From assembly GCA_964587295.1 (NCBI GenBank), contig CAZPLV010000002.1:1458-36546 (forward strand): 35,089 nt of DNA, given 5' to 3'. Below are positions 8,194 to 16,946 of the stretch, one piece after another. Position numbers and translations under genes: made by a program. Positions within the stretch are counted from its first letter, which is position 1. Every line of letters starts with the position of its first letter. This DNA is from an uncultured bacterium. GTDB taxonomy: Bacteria; Deinococcota; Deinococci; Deinococcales; Trueperaceae. The notes beneath the pieces were generated by a model. That model worked only from the letters and a program-made list of their open reading frames with translations. It ran no database searches and was not told the origin of the DNA.

Positions 8194-8877
8194 ATGCTGA
8201 ATAATGCCTACACGACACAAGGAAACGGCTTCATCGCTGCATCCGAAATTGTTCCGAGTGCACTCGCACTCCCCAGCCGCACTGTGGAAGCCGGCGCCAC
8301 CCTTTATGAAGCGGGCCGCGAAGCCGCTGCCCTGTACGTCGTAAATTACGGCGTGCTGAAGGCCATAGTACCAACCTCGCTCGGCCGCGACCGTATCGCG
8401 GACCTTTACGGTGCCGGAGACGTGATCGGACTGGCTGCGCTTGACAACGGCCCGCATGCGGAAACGGTCATCGCGGTGCATGACGCCACGCTCACTCCGA
8501 TTGACCCGCAGCAGGCGATGAATGACCGCAAACTGCGTGACTACATCGTCCGCAGCATGGCCCGCCAGGTCCGCCGCAGCCGTGAAATGATCGACGAGGC
8601 TGAAATGCCGGTCGGTGCACGTGTCACCCGCGCATTCCTGCGTCTCACCCAGCGTTTTGGCCAGCCCAGTGACGCCGGTGAGGAAGGCGTCAAGCTGCCG
8701 CTGTCACTCACTCACGAGGATCTGGCTGACCTGACCGGTTCATCACGCGTCACAATCACCCGCATCCTGGGTGAGCTGCGCAATGAAGGCACACTGTCCG
8801 GAACCCGCGGGGTTTACGTCGCAGATCCGGCCGGCCTGGAGCGCGCAACTGACGATTACGTCATGCAGGTGCTGTAA
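8194..8877 (+). CDS. Crp/Fnr-family transcriptional regulator
   Basis: 227 aa with a cNMP-binding-like beta-roll followed by a C-terminal HTH (SRVTITRILGELRNEG). AAAGGAAG RBS lies just upstream of ATG 8194. The longer ORF from 8005 has no RBS and would run through the promoter. Confidence 0.85.
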   Translation: MLNNAYTTQGNGFIAASEIVPSALALPSRTVEAGATLYEAGREAAALYVVNYGVLKAIVPTSLGRDRIADLYGAGDVIGLAALDNGPHAETVIAVHDATLTPIDPQQAMNDRKLRDYIVRSMARQVRRSREMIDEAEMPVGARVTRAFLRLTQRFGQPSDAGEEGVKLPLSLTHEDLADLTGSSRVTITRILGELRNEGTLSGTRGVYVADPAGLERATDDYVMQVL

Positions 8878-8892
8878 GCAGCACCCACATGG

Positions 8893-8901
8893 TGCAATAC
8901 T
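8893..8901 (+). promoter_or_regulatory. Extended -10-like element (TGcAATACT) 8 nt upstream of the nfu-type gene ATG
   Basis: TG at 8893-8894 and hexamer AATACT at 8896-8901; the ATG is at 8910. No Shine-Dalgarno sequence lies in between. Confidence 0.35.
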
Positions 8902-8909
8902 GACGCCAA

Positions 8910-9500
8910 ATGAACCTGAACTTTACTGATACCGCGAAGGAGCGCATTCTCCAGTTCCTGGAAGCCCAGAAGGCCCAGGGAGTGAGTGCGCTCCGTCTCG
9001 CTGGCACACGCAGCGAGCAGAAGCTCTGGCTGGTTAAGGATGAGGACCGCCAGGATTCCGACCGCATCTTTGATGCCGGAGATTTCCAGGTGTTTGCCGA
9101 TCCGGTCAGCGCCGACAACTTTGATGGTGCCACTGTCGATTTTGTGCAGGGCATGATGCAGAGCGGCTTCCGGGTGTTCCACCCGAGCCCGAGCTGGGAC
9201 GATCCGTTGGCACAGAGCGTACAGGACGTGCTGGATACCGTGATCAACCCCGGCGTTGCCAGTCATGGCGGCGTTGTCGAGCTTGAAGGCGTCGACGACG
9301 GCTATGCCATCATCCGCTTCGGCGGTGGCTGCCAGGGCTGTGCCGCTTCAACCGTCACGCTGAAGCACGGCGTGGAACGCAGCCTGCGCGAGCAGGTACG
9401 CGGACTGAAGGGCGTACGCGACGCTACCGACCACTCAAGTGGCGAGAACCCCTACTATTCCGCAGCTGACATGGCCGGCGGTTCACCCTTCTCGGGTTGA
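8910..9500 (+). CDS. NfuA-type Fe-S cluster carrier (Cys-less A-type N-domain plus Nfu C-domain)
   Basis: 196 aa. The C-terminal half has the Nfu block HGGVVELEGVDDGYAIIRFGGGCQGCAAS (CxxC). The N-terminal HesB/IscA-like half has no cysteines. Confidence 0.8.
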   Translation: MNLNFTDTAKERILQFLEAQKAQGVSALRLAGTRSEQKLWLVKDEDRQDSDRIFDAGDFQVFADPVSADNFDGATVDFVQGMMQSGFRVFHPSPSWDDPLAQSVQDVLDTVINPGVASHGGVVELEGVDDGYAIIRFGGGCQGCAASTVTLKHGVERSLREQVRGLKGVRDATDHSSGENPYYSAADMAGGSPFSG

Positions 9501-9518
9501 GGGGCGGCTCGGACTGAG

Positions 9519-10154
9519 TTGAAACGCGGACACTGGGACCAGTTCCCCAAACTCATGGGTGGCTTTGTGGTGTTCGCAGTCGGAATCAGCCTGATGATCC
9601 AGGCCGGCCTGGGACTTGATCCCTGGTCGGCCTTTCATTTTGGCCTGCACCTGGCGCTGCCCATCAGCTACGGAGTCGCAAGCGCCGGAGCCGGTCTGAT
9701 TCTGCTTGCAATCGGTGTGGCGTTCTTCAACCAGCGCATTGACTGGGGCACAGTCCTGAACATGGTGCTCATCGGTTTCATGGTCGACCTGGTGCTGCTG
9801 TTCATGCCTGATTTTGTGCTGGTGCCGATGATGTTGCGCTGGGTCATCTTCGTTTCCGGCATCCTGATGGTGGGACTTGCCACCGGCATGTACATCAGTT
9901 CCGGCTGGGGAGCGGGTCCGCGTGACGGTTTTGTGCTCGGTGTCAGTAAACGCACCGGCCTGAGCGTACGCGTCGTCCGCACCGGCATTGAACTCACGGT
10001 CCTGTCCGGAGGCTGGCTGCTCGGTGCCCCCGTGGGCTGGGGAACGCTTACGTTTGCACTGCTCATCGGCCCTGCCATGCAGGCGAGCCTGCGGCTGTTC
10101 CGGCACCTGCCTGCCAGCGGCACCGCCGCCTCAGCGGGAGAGACTCCCGCCTGA
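9519..10154 (+). CDS. YczE/YitT-like integral membrane protein, unknown function
   Basis: About 211 aa with 5-6 hydrophobic segments and a GLGLDPWSAFHFGL motif near TM1. The TTG start at 9519 is uncertain; an alternative ATG lies at 9555. Confidence 0.6.
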   Translation: MKRGHWDQFPKLMGGFVVFAVGISLMIQAGLGLDPWSAFHFGLHLALPISYGVASAGAGLILLAIGVAFFNQRIDWGTVLNMVLIGFMVDLVLLFMPDFVLVPMMLRWVIFVSGILMVGLATGMYISSGWGAGPRDGFVLGVSKRTGLSVRVVRTGIELTVLSGGWLLGAPVGWGTLTFALLIGPAMQASLRLFRHLPASGTAASAGETPA

Positions 10155-10185
10155 GTCCGCGGCCGGCCCGTCGGGCCAGCCGACA

Positions 10186-10191
10186 TACAAT
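10186..10191 (+). promoter_or_regulatory. -10-like hexamer TACAAT 8 nt upstream of the guaD ATG
   Basis: TACAAT at 10186-10191, ATG at 10200. No canonical GGAGG-type SD lies between (only GGCGGGCG), and there is no convincing -35. Confidence 0.3.
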
Positions 10192-10199
10192 GGCGGGCG

Positions 10200-11531
10200 A
10201 TGTCGCACAACCCTGAGCCCAAGCAGCTGTACCGCGCCACGCTTCTGTCGACTGAAGGCGAAGCCATTGACGGCGTCACGTTCACGGCGATCGAAGATGC
10301 CGGAGTGCTGGTCGCTGACGGTGTGATTGTTGAAACCGGCGACTTTGAGGCGGTCGCAGCGCGTCACCCGGAAGCTGATCTGATTGACCGGAGCGGCAGC
10401 TATCTGCTGCCCGGTTTCATTGATACGCATGTGCACCTGCCACAGCTTGCCGTCATAGGCAGCATGGGGCTGACGCTGCTCGACTGGCTGGAGCAGCGGA
10501 CCTTCCCGGAGGAACTGCTTTTCGCAGACGCTGACTACGCGCGCAGGGCCAGCCGGCAGCTCATGCACAACCTGATCCGCAACGGCACCACCAGTGCGCT
10601 GGTCTTCGGGGCCCATCAGAAGCAGGCCATGGAGCAGTTTTTCGAAGCTGCCGCGCAGAGCGGACTGCGTGTCGCTGCCGGACTCGTGCTGGGCGACCGC
10701 AACCTGCCGGAAGGACTGACCACCAGTCCGGAACGGGCTTACGAGGAAACTGTCGGGCTGGCGCAACGCTGGCACGGCCAGGGACGCCTGCGCTACGCGG
10801 TGACCCCCAGGTTCTCGGTATCTGCCAGCGAAGGGCTGCTGGAAGCAAGTGGAGCGGCATTCAGGTCTGCAGCCGACCTGCTGTTCACCACTCATCTGAA
10901 CGAGATGCCCGCAGAAATTGAAGTCGTCCGTGACTCATTTCCCGGTTACAGCGACTACCTCGACACCTACGGCCGGCACGGGCTTGTGTCGCAGCGGTCG
11001 CTGTTTGCTCATAACGTGCATCCGACCGGTGGCGAGCTGGAGCGCCTGGCCGCAGCGGGCAGCAGCGTATGTCACTGCCCGAGCAGCAACCTGTTCCTTG
11101 GCAGTGGGCTGTTTCCGCTGGCTGCGCACGTTGCGGCAGGTGTAAAGGTGGCGCTTGGCACCGACGTCGGTGCCGGCACCAGTTACTCAGTCCTGAATGA
11201 AGCCCTCGGTGCGCATCTGCACCAGATGAACCGGCCCGAGGGCCTGCGGCTGGAAGCCGCCCAGCTGCTGTGGCTGGCCACCCGTGCGGGAGCGCATGCG
11301 CTCTGCCTGCCCGCCAGCGGCAGCCTCAGACGCGGCATGAATTTTGATGCGGTGTTCCTGACAGCCACGCCAGGCAGTACACTGGCCGGGCGACTGCAGC
11401 GGGCACGTGACCTGAATGACGTGCTTGCCTCGCTGATAACCCTGGCACGGGAAGAGTCAGTCCGTGACGTGTTCGTCCAGGGCGAGCAGCTACTCAGAGA
11501 CGGTCAGCCGGATAGTAGGATGATGGCATAG
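10200..11531 (+). CDS. guaD: Guanine deaminase (amidohydrolase superfamily)
   Basis: 443 aa with blocks matching enterobacterial GuaD: LPGFIDTHVHLPQ, LLDWLEQRTFPEE, LIRNGTTSALVFG, RWHGQGRLRYAVTPRF, CPSSNLFLGSGLF, KVALGTDVGAGTS. Confidence 0.9.
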   Translation: MSHNPEPKQLYRATLLSTEGEAIDGVTFTAIEDAGVLVADGVIVETGDFEAVAARHPEADLIDRSGSYLLPGFIDTHVHLPQLAVIGSMGLTLLDWLEQRTFPEELLFADADYARRASRQLMHNLIRNGTTSALVFGAHQKQAMEQFFEAAAQSGLRVAAGLVLGDRNLPEGLTTSPERAYEETVGLAQRWHGQGRLRYAVTPRFSVSASEGLLEASGAAFRSAADLLFTTHLNEMPAEIEVVRDSFPGYSDYLDTYGRHGLVSQRSLFAHNVHPTGGELERLAAAGSSVCHCPSSNLFLGSGLFPLAAHVAAGVKVALGTDVGAGTSYSVLNEALGAHLHQMNRPEGLRLEAAQLLWLATRAGAHALCLPASGSLRRGMNFDAVFLTATPGSTLAGRLQRARDLNDVLASLITLAREESVRDVFVQGEQLLRDGQPDSRMMA

Positions 11532-12322
11532 TGTTCGTTCATGTGATTGCAGATTTCGGCGCGATGGATCTGGCTTTTGCCGAAGTGACCCAGAGAATAA
11601 GGAAGCTCCTGCCCGACGCCACGGTGCACTGCACTACAGTCCCGCCTTTCGCGACGATTGCCGCAGGATTTGCCGGCGCCCAGCTTGCGCTCAATGACGG
11701 ACCCGAAGACATGGTCGTCTTCATCAACGTTGCGCCCCGGCGCGATGACACGGCCGCACGCCGCGACAATGCCGGTGAGGCACTGACGCTGGTCACGCTC
11801 GGCAACGGACGCAGGGTGGTGGCGGTCAACTCCGGCCATACACTTTCATTCCTGGCTCCGCAGGCGAGCAGCATCAACCGGCTGGCCGTCAGCAACGACG
11901 GTTCGCAGTTCCGCTCGCGCGACAACTACCCTGAGGCGCTGGCGCGGGTTGTCCGCAATGATGTGACCGTCATCGGGGAAGAGCTGTCAGCTTCGGGCGT
12001 GCCGGCGGCCCCGGAGTCGCGCATGGCCTATGTGGACGGCTTCGGCAACGTCAAACTGACCCTGCAGAGCGCTCGGCCGCTCCCGGTCGGCGAGCAGGTG
12101 CGGGTAACAATCCACGGGGTGAGTCACCGTGCCTGGGTCAGCGACGGAGTTTTCTCTGTGCCCCAGGGTGAACTGGCCCTGTCGGTCGGCTCAAGCGGCT
12201 GGGCCGGCATCAGGTTCCGCGAGCTGTTTCTGCGTGGCGGCAGTGCCTGGCAGCTGTTCGGTGAACCTGCCGCAGAATCCGAAGTGACCATCGAAACAGA
12301 AGACACGCCTTCCCGGAAGTGA
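11531..12322 (+). CDS. Divergent DUF62 / SAM hydroxide adenosyltransferase (chlorinase/fluorinase-fold) family protein
   Basis: 263 aa. By-eye family blocks: IADFG near the N-terminus, SQFRSRDNYPEALA (compare STFHGRD), MAYVDGFGNVKLTL (compare IDxFGN), and LALSVGSSGW...GGSAWQLFG. The GTG start shares one base with the guaD stop (TAGTG). Confidence 0.6.
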   Translation: MFVHVIADFGAMDLAFAEVTQRIRKLLPDATVHCTTVPPFATIAAGFAGAQLALNDGPEDMVVFINVAPRRDDTAARRDNAGEALTLVTLGNGRRVVAVNSGHTLSFLAPQASSINRLAVSNDGSQFRSRDNYPEALARVVRNDVTVIGEELSASGVPAAPESRMAYVDGFGNVKLTLQSARPLPVGEQVRVTIHGVSHRAWVSDGVFSVPQGELALSVGSSGWAGIRFRELFLRGGSAWQLFGEPAAESEVTIETEDTPSRK

Positions 12323-12338
12323 ACCGGGGCAGGCCGGC

Positions 12339-13004
12339 ATGAGGCAGCGGCGCACCTGGCTGTTCGTGATTGCCTGGCTGGTTCTGCTGGGCACGTTCTG
12401 GCTGGTTGCCCAGCAGCGGGACCAGTCCCCTGCCGACCTGCTGGTCGACATCCTGCAGGGCCTGCAGGCCAGCCGCTTTGCAGTGCTGTGGCTGCTGCTC
12501 ATCTATGTTGTGCGGCCACTGTTTCTGCTGCCAGTCAGTGTGCTCACCGTGTTTGCTGGCTTTCTGTTCGGACCGGTTTACGGAACGATGTGGTCGATTG
12601 TCGCCTCAGTGGGCACGGCCGCCCTTGCCTATTGGCTTGCGCGCTTCGCTGCCGGCAACCGGCCCATGCAGCGGGGCAGGACCGCCAGGCGGCTGCGGGA
12701 GAATGCCTTCGAGGCCGTGCTGACCATGCGGCTGGCGGCGATGCCCGGTGACCCGATCAATTTCCTGTGCGGGGCGCTGCGCGTGCCGATCTGGCCCTTT
12801 CTGCTGGCGACGCTCATAGGTGGCATGCCGGGCCTGTTCATCGGTGTCTTTGCCGGAGCGTCGCTCGAGGGCAACTTCAGTTTCAGCGGTGTCAGCGTCC
12901 GCTGGGAGTACATCGCCATCTCGGCAGTCATGCTCGTTGCCGGGCTGCTCCTTTCCCGCTGGGTGCGCCGGCGCAACCCGGCTTCGCTTACTGATGACAC
13001 CTGA
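12339..13004 (+). CDS. TVP38/TMEM64 (DedA-related) family membrane protein
   Basis: 221 aa, multi-TM. Block LLPVSVLTVFAGFLFGPVYGTMWSIVASVGTAALAYWLARF is typical of the family. Confidence 0.75.
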   Translation: MRQRRTWLFVIAWLVLLGTFWLVAQQRDQSPADLLVDILQGLQASRFAVLWLLLIYVVRPLFLLPVSVLTVFAGFLFGPVYGTMWSIVASVGTAALAYWLARFAAGNRPMQRGRTARRLRENAFEAVLTMRLAAMPGDPINFLCGALRVPIWPFLLATLIGGMPGLFIGVFAGASLEGNFSFSGVSVRWEYIAISAVMLVAGLLLSRWVRRRNPASLTDDT

Positions 13005-14805
13005 GCTCGTTTATGTGCTGGGAGTGATCCTGGTCACGCTGCTGCTGTTCGCAACAGAGAAAATCCGCATGGATTTGGTGGCCCTGCTGGCTTTGCTGGC
13101 ATTGGCCCTGCCGGGACTGCTGAGCGCCCAGGAGGCGGTGGCCGGCTTTTCTGACCAGTCCGTAATCATAATCGCAGGACTGTTCGTGGTTGGAGGAGCC
13201 ATGTTCCGCACCGGCCTGGCTGATGCGATGGGACGACGCCTTCAGGCTTCCGCCGGAACCAGCTACCTGCGAATGCTGGTGCTGGTGATGCTGTCCACGG
13301 CTGCCCTGTCAGCCTTTCTGAGCTCGACCGGCACTGTTGCGGTCATGCTGCCGATAGTTGTGAGTCTTGCGCGCCGGGCCAGGGTCAGTCCCTCGCTGCT
13401 GCTGATGCCGATGGCTTATGCGGCTCTCCTTGGCGGCACCCTTACCCTGATCGCGACGCCGCCGAACCTGATTGTGAGCTCCGAGCTCGAGAACGCGGGT
13501 TTCGCACCGTTCTCGTTCTTTGAGTTCACCGGCCCGGGGCTGCTGGGCCTGCTGGCCGGAATTGGCTACATGGCGCTGATCGGTCGCCGGCTGCTTCCGG
13601 AACGGGTTGCTGCCGGCAGTGGCCAGGAGCAGCCGGGCACGCAGGAACTGTGGGACCAGTACGGTCTCAGTGACAGGCTGCTGGAACTGGAAATCAATCC
13701 TGACTCACGGCTGCGGGGCCGCACGATCGGCGAGGCCTCGGTGCGCAGCAGACACGGCCTGAGCATCCTGGCTGTGTCAACCGGCCGGACTCTGCGGCCG
13801 GCAAACCCGGCAACACTGCTGCAGGCGCGTGACGTGCTGTCGGTGAAGGGTTCGCGCGAAGCGGTTGAGCGGTTCGCAGGAGCGGAAGGACTGCGGATAG
13901 TACGTGAGCAGGCGCCACTTCCGCCGGGCCTGCTGCTGGCCGAAGTGCTCGTTTCCCCCGGTGCGAAACTGCAGGGCCAGACAGTGGCAGAGAGCAGTTT
14001 CCGCAAGCGGTTCGGAGCGGCTGTCGTCGGCATACGCCGTGCCGGCACCACCCTGGACGGCCGCATATCGCAGGCGAAGCTGCAGATGGGTGACGCCCTG
14101 CTCCTTCTGGGACCCGAACGGCAGCTAACGCGTCTCACTGCGGAAACGGCCGATCTGGTGACTGTCACCGAGACCAGGGAGCTGCAGGACTCGCGCTTCC
14201 GCCGCGACCGGGCGCCCTGGGCAATCGTCATTCTGCTCCTGATGCTGGCTGTCATGGCCGTTGGTCTCATTCCGAATGTTCTGGCCGTGCTGCTGGCGGC
14301 TGCAGCCTGCGTGCTCACAGGCTGCATCGATCCCGATGAGGCTTACCGTTCCGTCAACTGGGCCAGTGTCATCATGATAGCGAGCATCCTGCCGGTTGCC
14401 ACTGCGCTGCAGAAAACCGGCGGACTCGATCTGCTGTCGGGTGGAATCTCCGGACTGCTGGCCGGTTTGCCGGTCCAGCTCGTTCTCGCCGGGATGTTCC
14501 TGCTCACGGCACTGGCGGGGCTGCTCATCTCGAACACCGCCACTGCTGTGCTGATTGCGCCGGTTGCCGTGCAGGTCGCGCTGAGTCTGGGGCTTGATGC
14601 CAGAGCGATGGCGATGGTTGTTGCGCTTGCCTGCTCGGCTGCTTTCGTCACCCCGGTGAGCTCGCCGGTCAACATGCTGGTGCTGTCGAGCGGCGGTTAC
14701 CGCTTCCGCGATTTCGTGCGCGTGGGCCTGCCGCTGCTGCTGGTACTGATGCTGGTTACCGTGTTTGCGGTGCCGCTGTTCTTCCCGCTGGTGCCGCCTG
14801 TTTGA
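12994..14805 (+). CDS. SLC13/DASS-type anion permease with two central TrkA-C (RCK_C) domains
   Basis: 603 aa from ATG 12994; the longer ORF from 12820 overlaps the previous gene out of frame. Two hydrophobic halves flank two TrkA-C-like repeats (LELEINPDSRLRGRTIGE... and AEVLVSPGAKLQGQTVAE...). Confidence 0.8.
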   Translation: MTPELVYVLGVILVTLLLFATEKIRMDLVALLALLALALPGLLSAQEAVAGFSDQSVIIIAGLFVVGGAMFRTGLADAMGRRLQASAGTSYLRMLVLVMLSTAALSAFLSSTGTVAVMLPIVVSLARRARVSPSLLLMPMAYAALLGGTLTLIATPPNLIVSSELENAGFAPFSFFEFTGPGLLGLLAGIGYMALIGRRLLPERVAAGSGQEQPGTQELWDQYGLSDRLLELEINPDSRLRGRTIGEASVRSRHGLSILAVSTGRTLRPANPATLLQARDVLSVKGSREAVERFAGAEGLRIVREQAPLPPGLLLAEVLVSPGAKLQGQTVAESSFRKRFGAAVVGIRRAGTTLDGRISQAKLQMGDALLLLGPERQLTRLTAETADLVTVTETRELQDSRFRRDRAPWAIVILLLMLAVMAVGLIPNVLAVLLAAAACVLTGCIDPDEAYRSVNWASVIMIASILPVATALQKTGGLDLLSGGISGLLAGLPVQLVLAGMFLLTALAGLLISNTATAVLIAPVAVQVALSLGLDARAMAMVVALACSAAFVTPVSSPVNMLVLSSGGYRFRDFVRVGLPLLLVLMLVTVFAVPLFFPLVPPV

Positions 14806-14816
14806 CTGTCCACAAA

Positions 14817-14837
14817 GTTGATATGACCACACTCACA
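14817..14837. promoter_or_regulatory. Weak HAIR-like (HspR operator-like) inverted repeat upstream of dnaK
   Basis: GTTGATA-N7-ACTCACA compared with the HAIR consensus CTTGAGT-N7-ACTCAAG. It matches 9 of 14 positions with correct 7-nt spacing and lies 5 nt upstream of the -35. Confidence 0.25.
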
Positions 14838-14841
14838 TCTA

Positions 14842-14870
14842 TTGACACGCCAATGCTGCGTTGCTATACT
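14842..14870 (+). promoter_or_regulatory. Near-consensus sigma70-type promoter of the dnaK operon
   Basis: TTGACA (14842-14847), 17-nt spacer, TATACT (14865-14870). This predicts a 5' UTR of about 70 nt ending in a GGGAGTG SD before ATG 14947. Confidence 0.65.
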
Positions 14871-14946
14871 CGCAGGCAGTGAGAGTTCTGCCGTCCTGCA
14901 TGGCAGGTTATTTGCAGTCTCGTAAATTTCCAGGGAGTGATCATCA

Positions 14947-16860
14947 ATGGCTAAAGCAGTCGGAATCGACCTCGGTACGACCAACAGTGTAATCGCTGTG
15001 ATGGAGGGTGGCGAGCCCACCGTTCTCGTCAACAGCGAAGGAAATCGCACGACCCCGTCAGTAGTTGCTTTCAAGGACGACCAGCGTCTTGTCGGCCAGG
15101 TGGCCAAGCGTCAGTCGGTGCTCAATCCGGGCGGCACCATCTTTGAAGCCAAGCGCTTCATCGGCCGCACGTGGGAGGAAGCCAAGGCTGACGCCGACCG
15201 TGCGCCCTATGAAGTGGTGCAGGGTGACGACGGCGGTGTCCGCTTTGTCGTGGGCGACAAACAGTTCACGCCGGAAGAGATTTCTGCCCAGGTGCTGAGA
15301 AAGCTGGTTGATGATGCCAGCGCCACCCTCGGTGAGAAAATCACCAAGGCTGTCATCACCGTACCCGCCTACTTCAACAACTCGCAGCGTGAAGCCACCC
15401 AGAACGCCGGCAAGATTGCCGGTCTGGAAGTGCTGCGCATCGTCAACGAGCCGACGGCAGCCGCACTTGCTTACGGGCTGGACCGCAAGGGCAACGAAAC
15501 CATCCTGGTCTTCGACCTTGGTGGCGGTACGTTCGACGTGTCGGTCCTCGAAGTCGGTGACGGCGTGTTTGAGGTGCGTTCGACCGACGGTGACACCGAA
15601 CTCGGTGGCTCTGACTTCGACCACGCGATTGTCAACTGGCTCGCCGGCGAGTTCAAGAAGGAATACAACGTCGATCTGCTCAAGGACAAGCACGCACTGC
15701 AGCGCCTGATTGAAGCGGCCGAGAACGCCAAGATGGAACTTTCGCGCCTGAGCGAAACAAGCATCAGCCTGCCGTTCATCGCCATGGATCCAGCCAGCAA
15801 CGCACCGCTGTACCTGGACAGGAAGCTGACGCGCAGCAAGTTCGAGGAACTCATTGCTCCGCTGCTGCAGAAGCTGCGCGGACCGGTTGAAAGCTCACTG
15901 AAGGAAGCCGGTCTGAGCAAGAACGACATTGATGAGGTCATCCTGGTCGGTGGCTCCACCCGGGTGCCGGCCGTGAAGGCCCTGGTGCAGGAAATGCTGG
16001 GCAAGGAACCGAACCAGTCAGTCAACCCCGACGAAGTCGTGGCACTCGGTGCAGCCGTCCAGGGTGGTGTGCTGACCGGTGAGGTTGATGACATCGTTCT
16101 GCTTGACGTCACGCCGCTCAGCCTCGGTATCGAAACCAAAGGTGGCGTGTTCACCAGGCTGATTGACCGTAACACCACAATCCCGGTGCGCAAGAGCGAC
16201 ATCTTCAGTACCGCGGCCAACAACCAGACCGAAGTCCCGGTGCACGTGCTGCAGGGCGAGCGCCCCATGGCCAGCGACAACAAGTCACTGGGCCGCTTCA
16301 ACCTGGAAGGTATTCCGGCAATGCCCGCAGGCATGCCGCAAATCGAAATCACCTACGATATCGATGCCAACGGCATCCTGAACGTCACCGCCCGCGAGAA
16401 GTCAACCGGCAAGGAAGCATCCATCACCATCCAGAACACGACCACCCTTGCTGAGGATGAAGTCGAGCGCATGGTGCAGGACGCGGAAGCCAACTCCGAG
16501 CAGGACAAGGTTGCCCGTGAACTTGCGGACGCCCGCAACCAGCTCGACTCCATCCGGATCCAGGCCGTGAACGCACTTGCCGAGGCAGAGGGTGCGCCCG
16601 AGGACAAAAAGTCCGAACTGCAGGCAGCTGTCGATGCAGCGCAGCAGGCCGTGGAAGGCACCACTGCCGGCAAGGAAGACCTCGAGAGCCAGGCGCAGGA
16701 ACTGGGCCAGAAGCTGCAGGAATTCCAGCAGCTGATGGCGGCGCGCTCAGCCGGTGAAGCTGAGGGCGAGCAGCAGTCCACGGACTCCGCTGATGGTTCG
16801 GACGGCGGCCAGGATGATGACGAAGAAGTGATCGACGCGGAGTTCAAGCCCGCGAGCTGA
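14947..16860 (+). CDS. dnaK: Molecular chaperone DnaK (Hsp70)
   Basis: 637 aa with [33 protein letters not shown] and an acidic C-terminus ...[12 protein letters not shown]. Confidence 0.98.
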   Translation: MAKAVGIDLGTTNSVIAVMEGGEPTVLVNSEGNRTTPSVVAFKDDQRLVGQVAKRQSVLNPGGTIFEAKRFIGRTWEEAKADADRAPYEVVQGDDGGVRFVVGDKQFTPEEISAQVLRKLVDDASATLGEKITKAVITVPAYFNNSQREATQNAGKIAGLEVLRIVNEPTAAALAYGLDRKGNETILVFDLGGGTFDVSVLEVGDGVFEVRSTDGDTELGGSDFDHAIVNWLAGEFKKEYNVDLLKDKHALQRLIEAAENAKMELSRLSETSISLPFIAMDPASNAPLYLDRKLTRSKFEELIAPLLQKLRGPVESSLKEAGLSKNDIDEVILVGGSTRVPAVKALVQEMLGKEPNQSVNPDEVVALGAAVQGGVLTGEVDDIVLLDVTPLSLGIETKGGVFTRLIDRNTTIPVRKSDIFSTAANNQTEVPVHVLQGERPMASDNKSLGRFNLEGIPAMPAGMPQIEITYDIDANGILNVTAREKSTGKEASITIQNTTTLAEDEVERMVQDAEANSEQDKVARELADARNQLDSIRIQAVNALAEAEGAPEDKKSELQAAVDAAQQAVEGTTAGKEDLESQAQELGQKLQEFQQLMAARSAGEAEGEQQSTDSADGSDGGQDDDEEVIDAEFKPAS

Positions 16861-16865
16861 TTCAG

Positions 16866-16914
16866 GTCAGGGTACGGTCTGGCCTGGCTGCTTCAGCCGG
16901 GCCAGACCCCTGAC
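16866..16914 (+). promoter_or_regulatory. Long intercistronic stem-loop between dnaK and grpE
   Basis: 14-bp stem (16876-16889 with 16895-16908, one G-U pair) around a 5-nt loop. It is extended by GTCAGG (16866-16871) pairing with CCTGAC (16909-16914) across a 4-nt bulge. No downstream U tract. Confidence 0.55.
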
Positions 16915-16946
16915 GTGAACAGCGCGAGAGCGGATACACGACTGAT

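Noticed and set aside
8869-8884. GTGCTG-taag-CAGCAC hairpin spanning the crp-like stop codon, considered as a terminator.
   Set aside because: It has only 6 bp and no U tract, and the next gene begins 26 nt later. This is insufficient for a terminator call.
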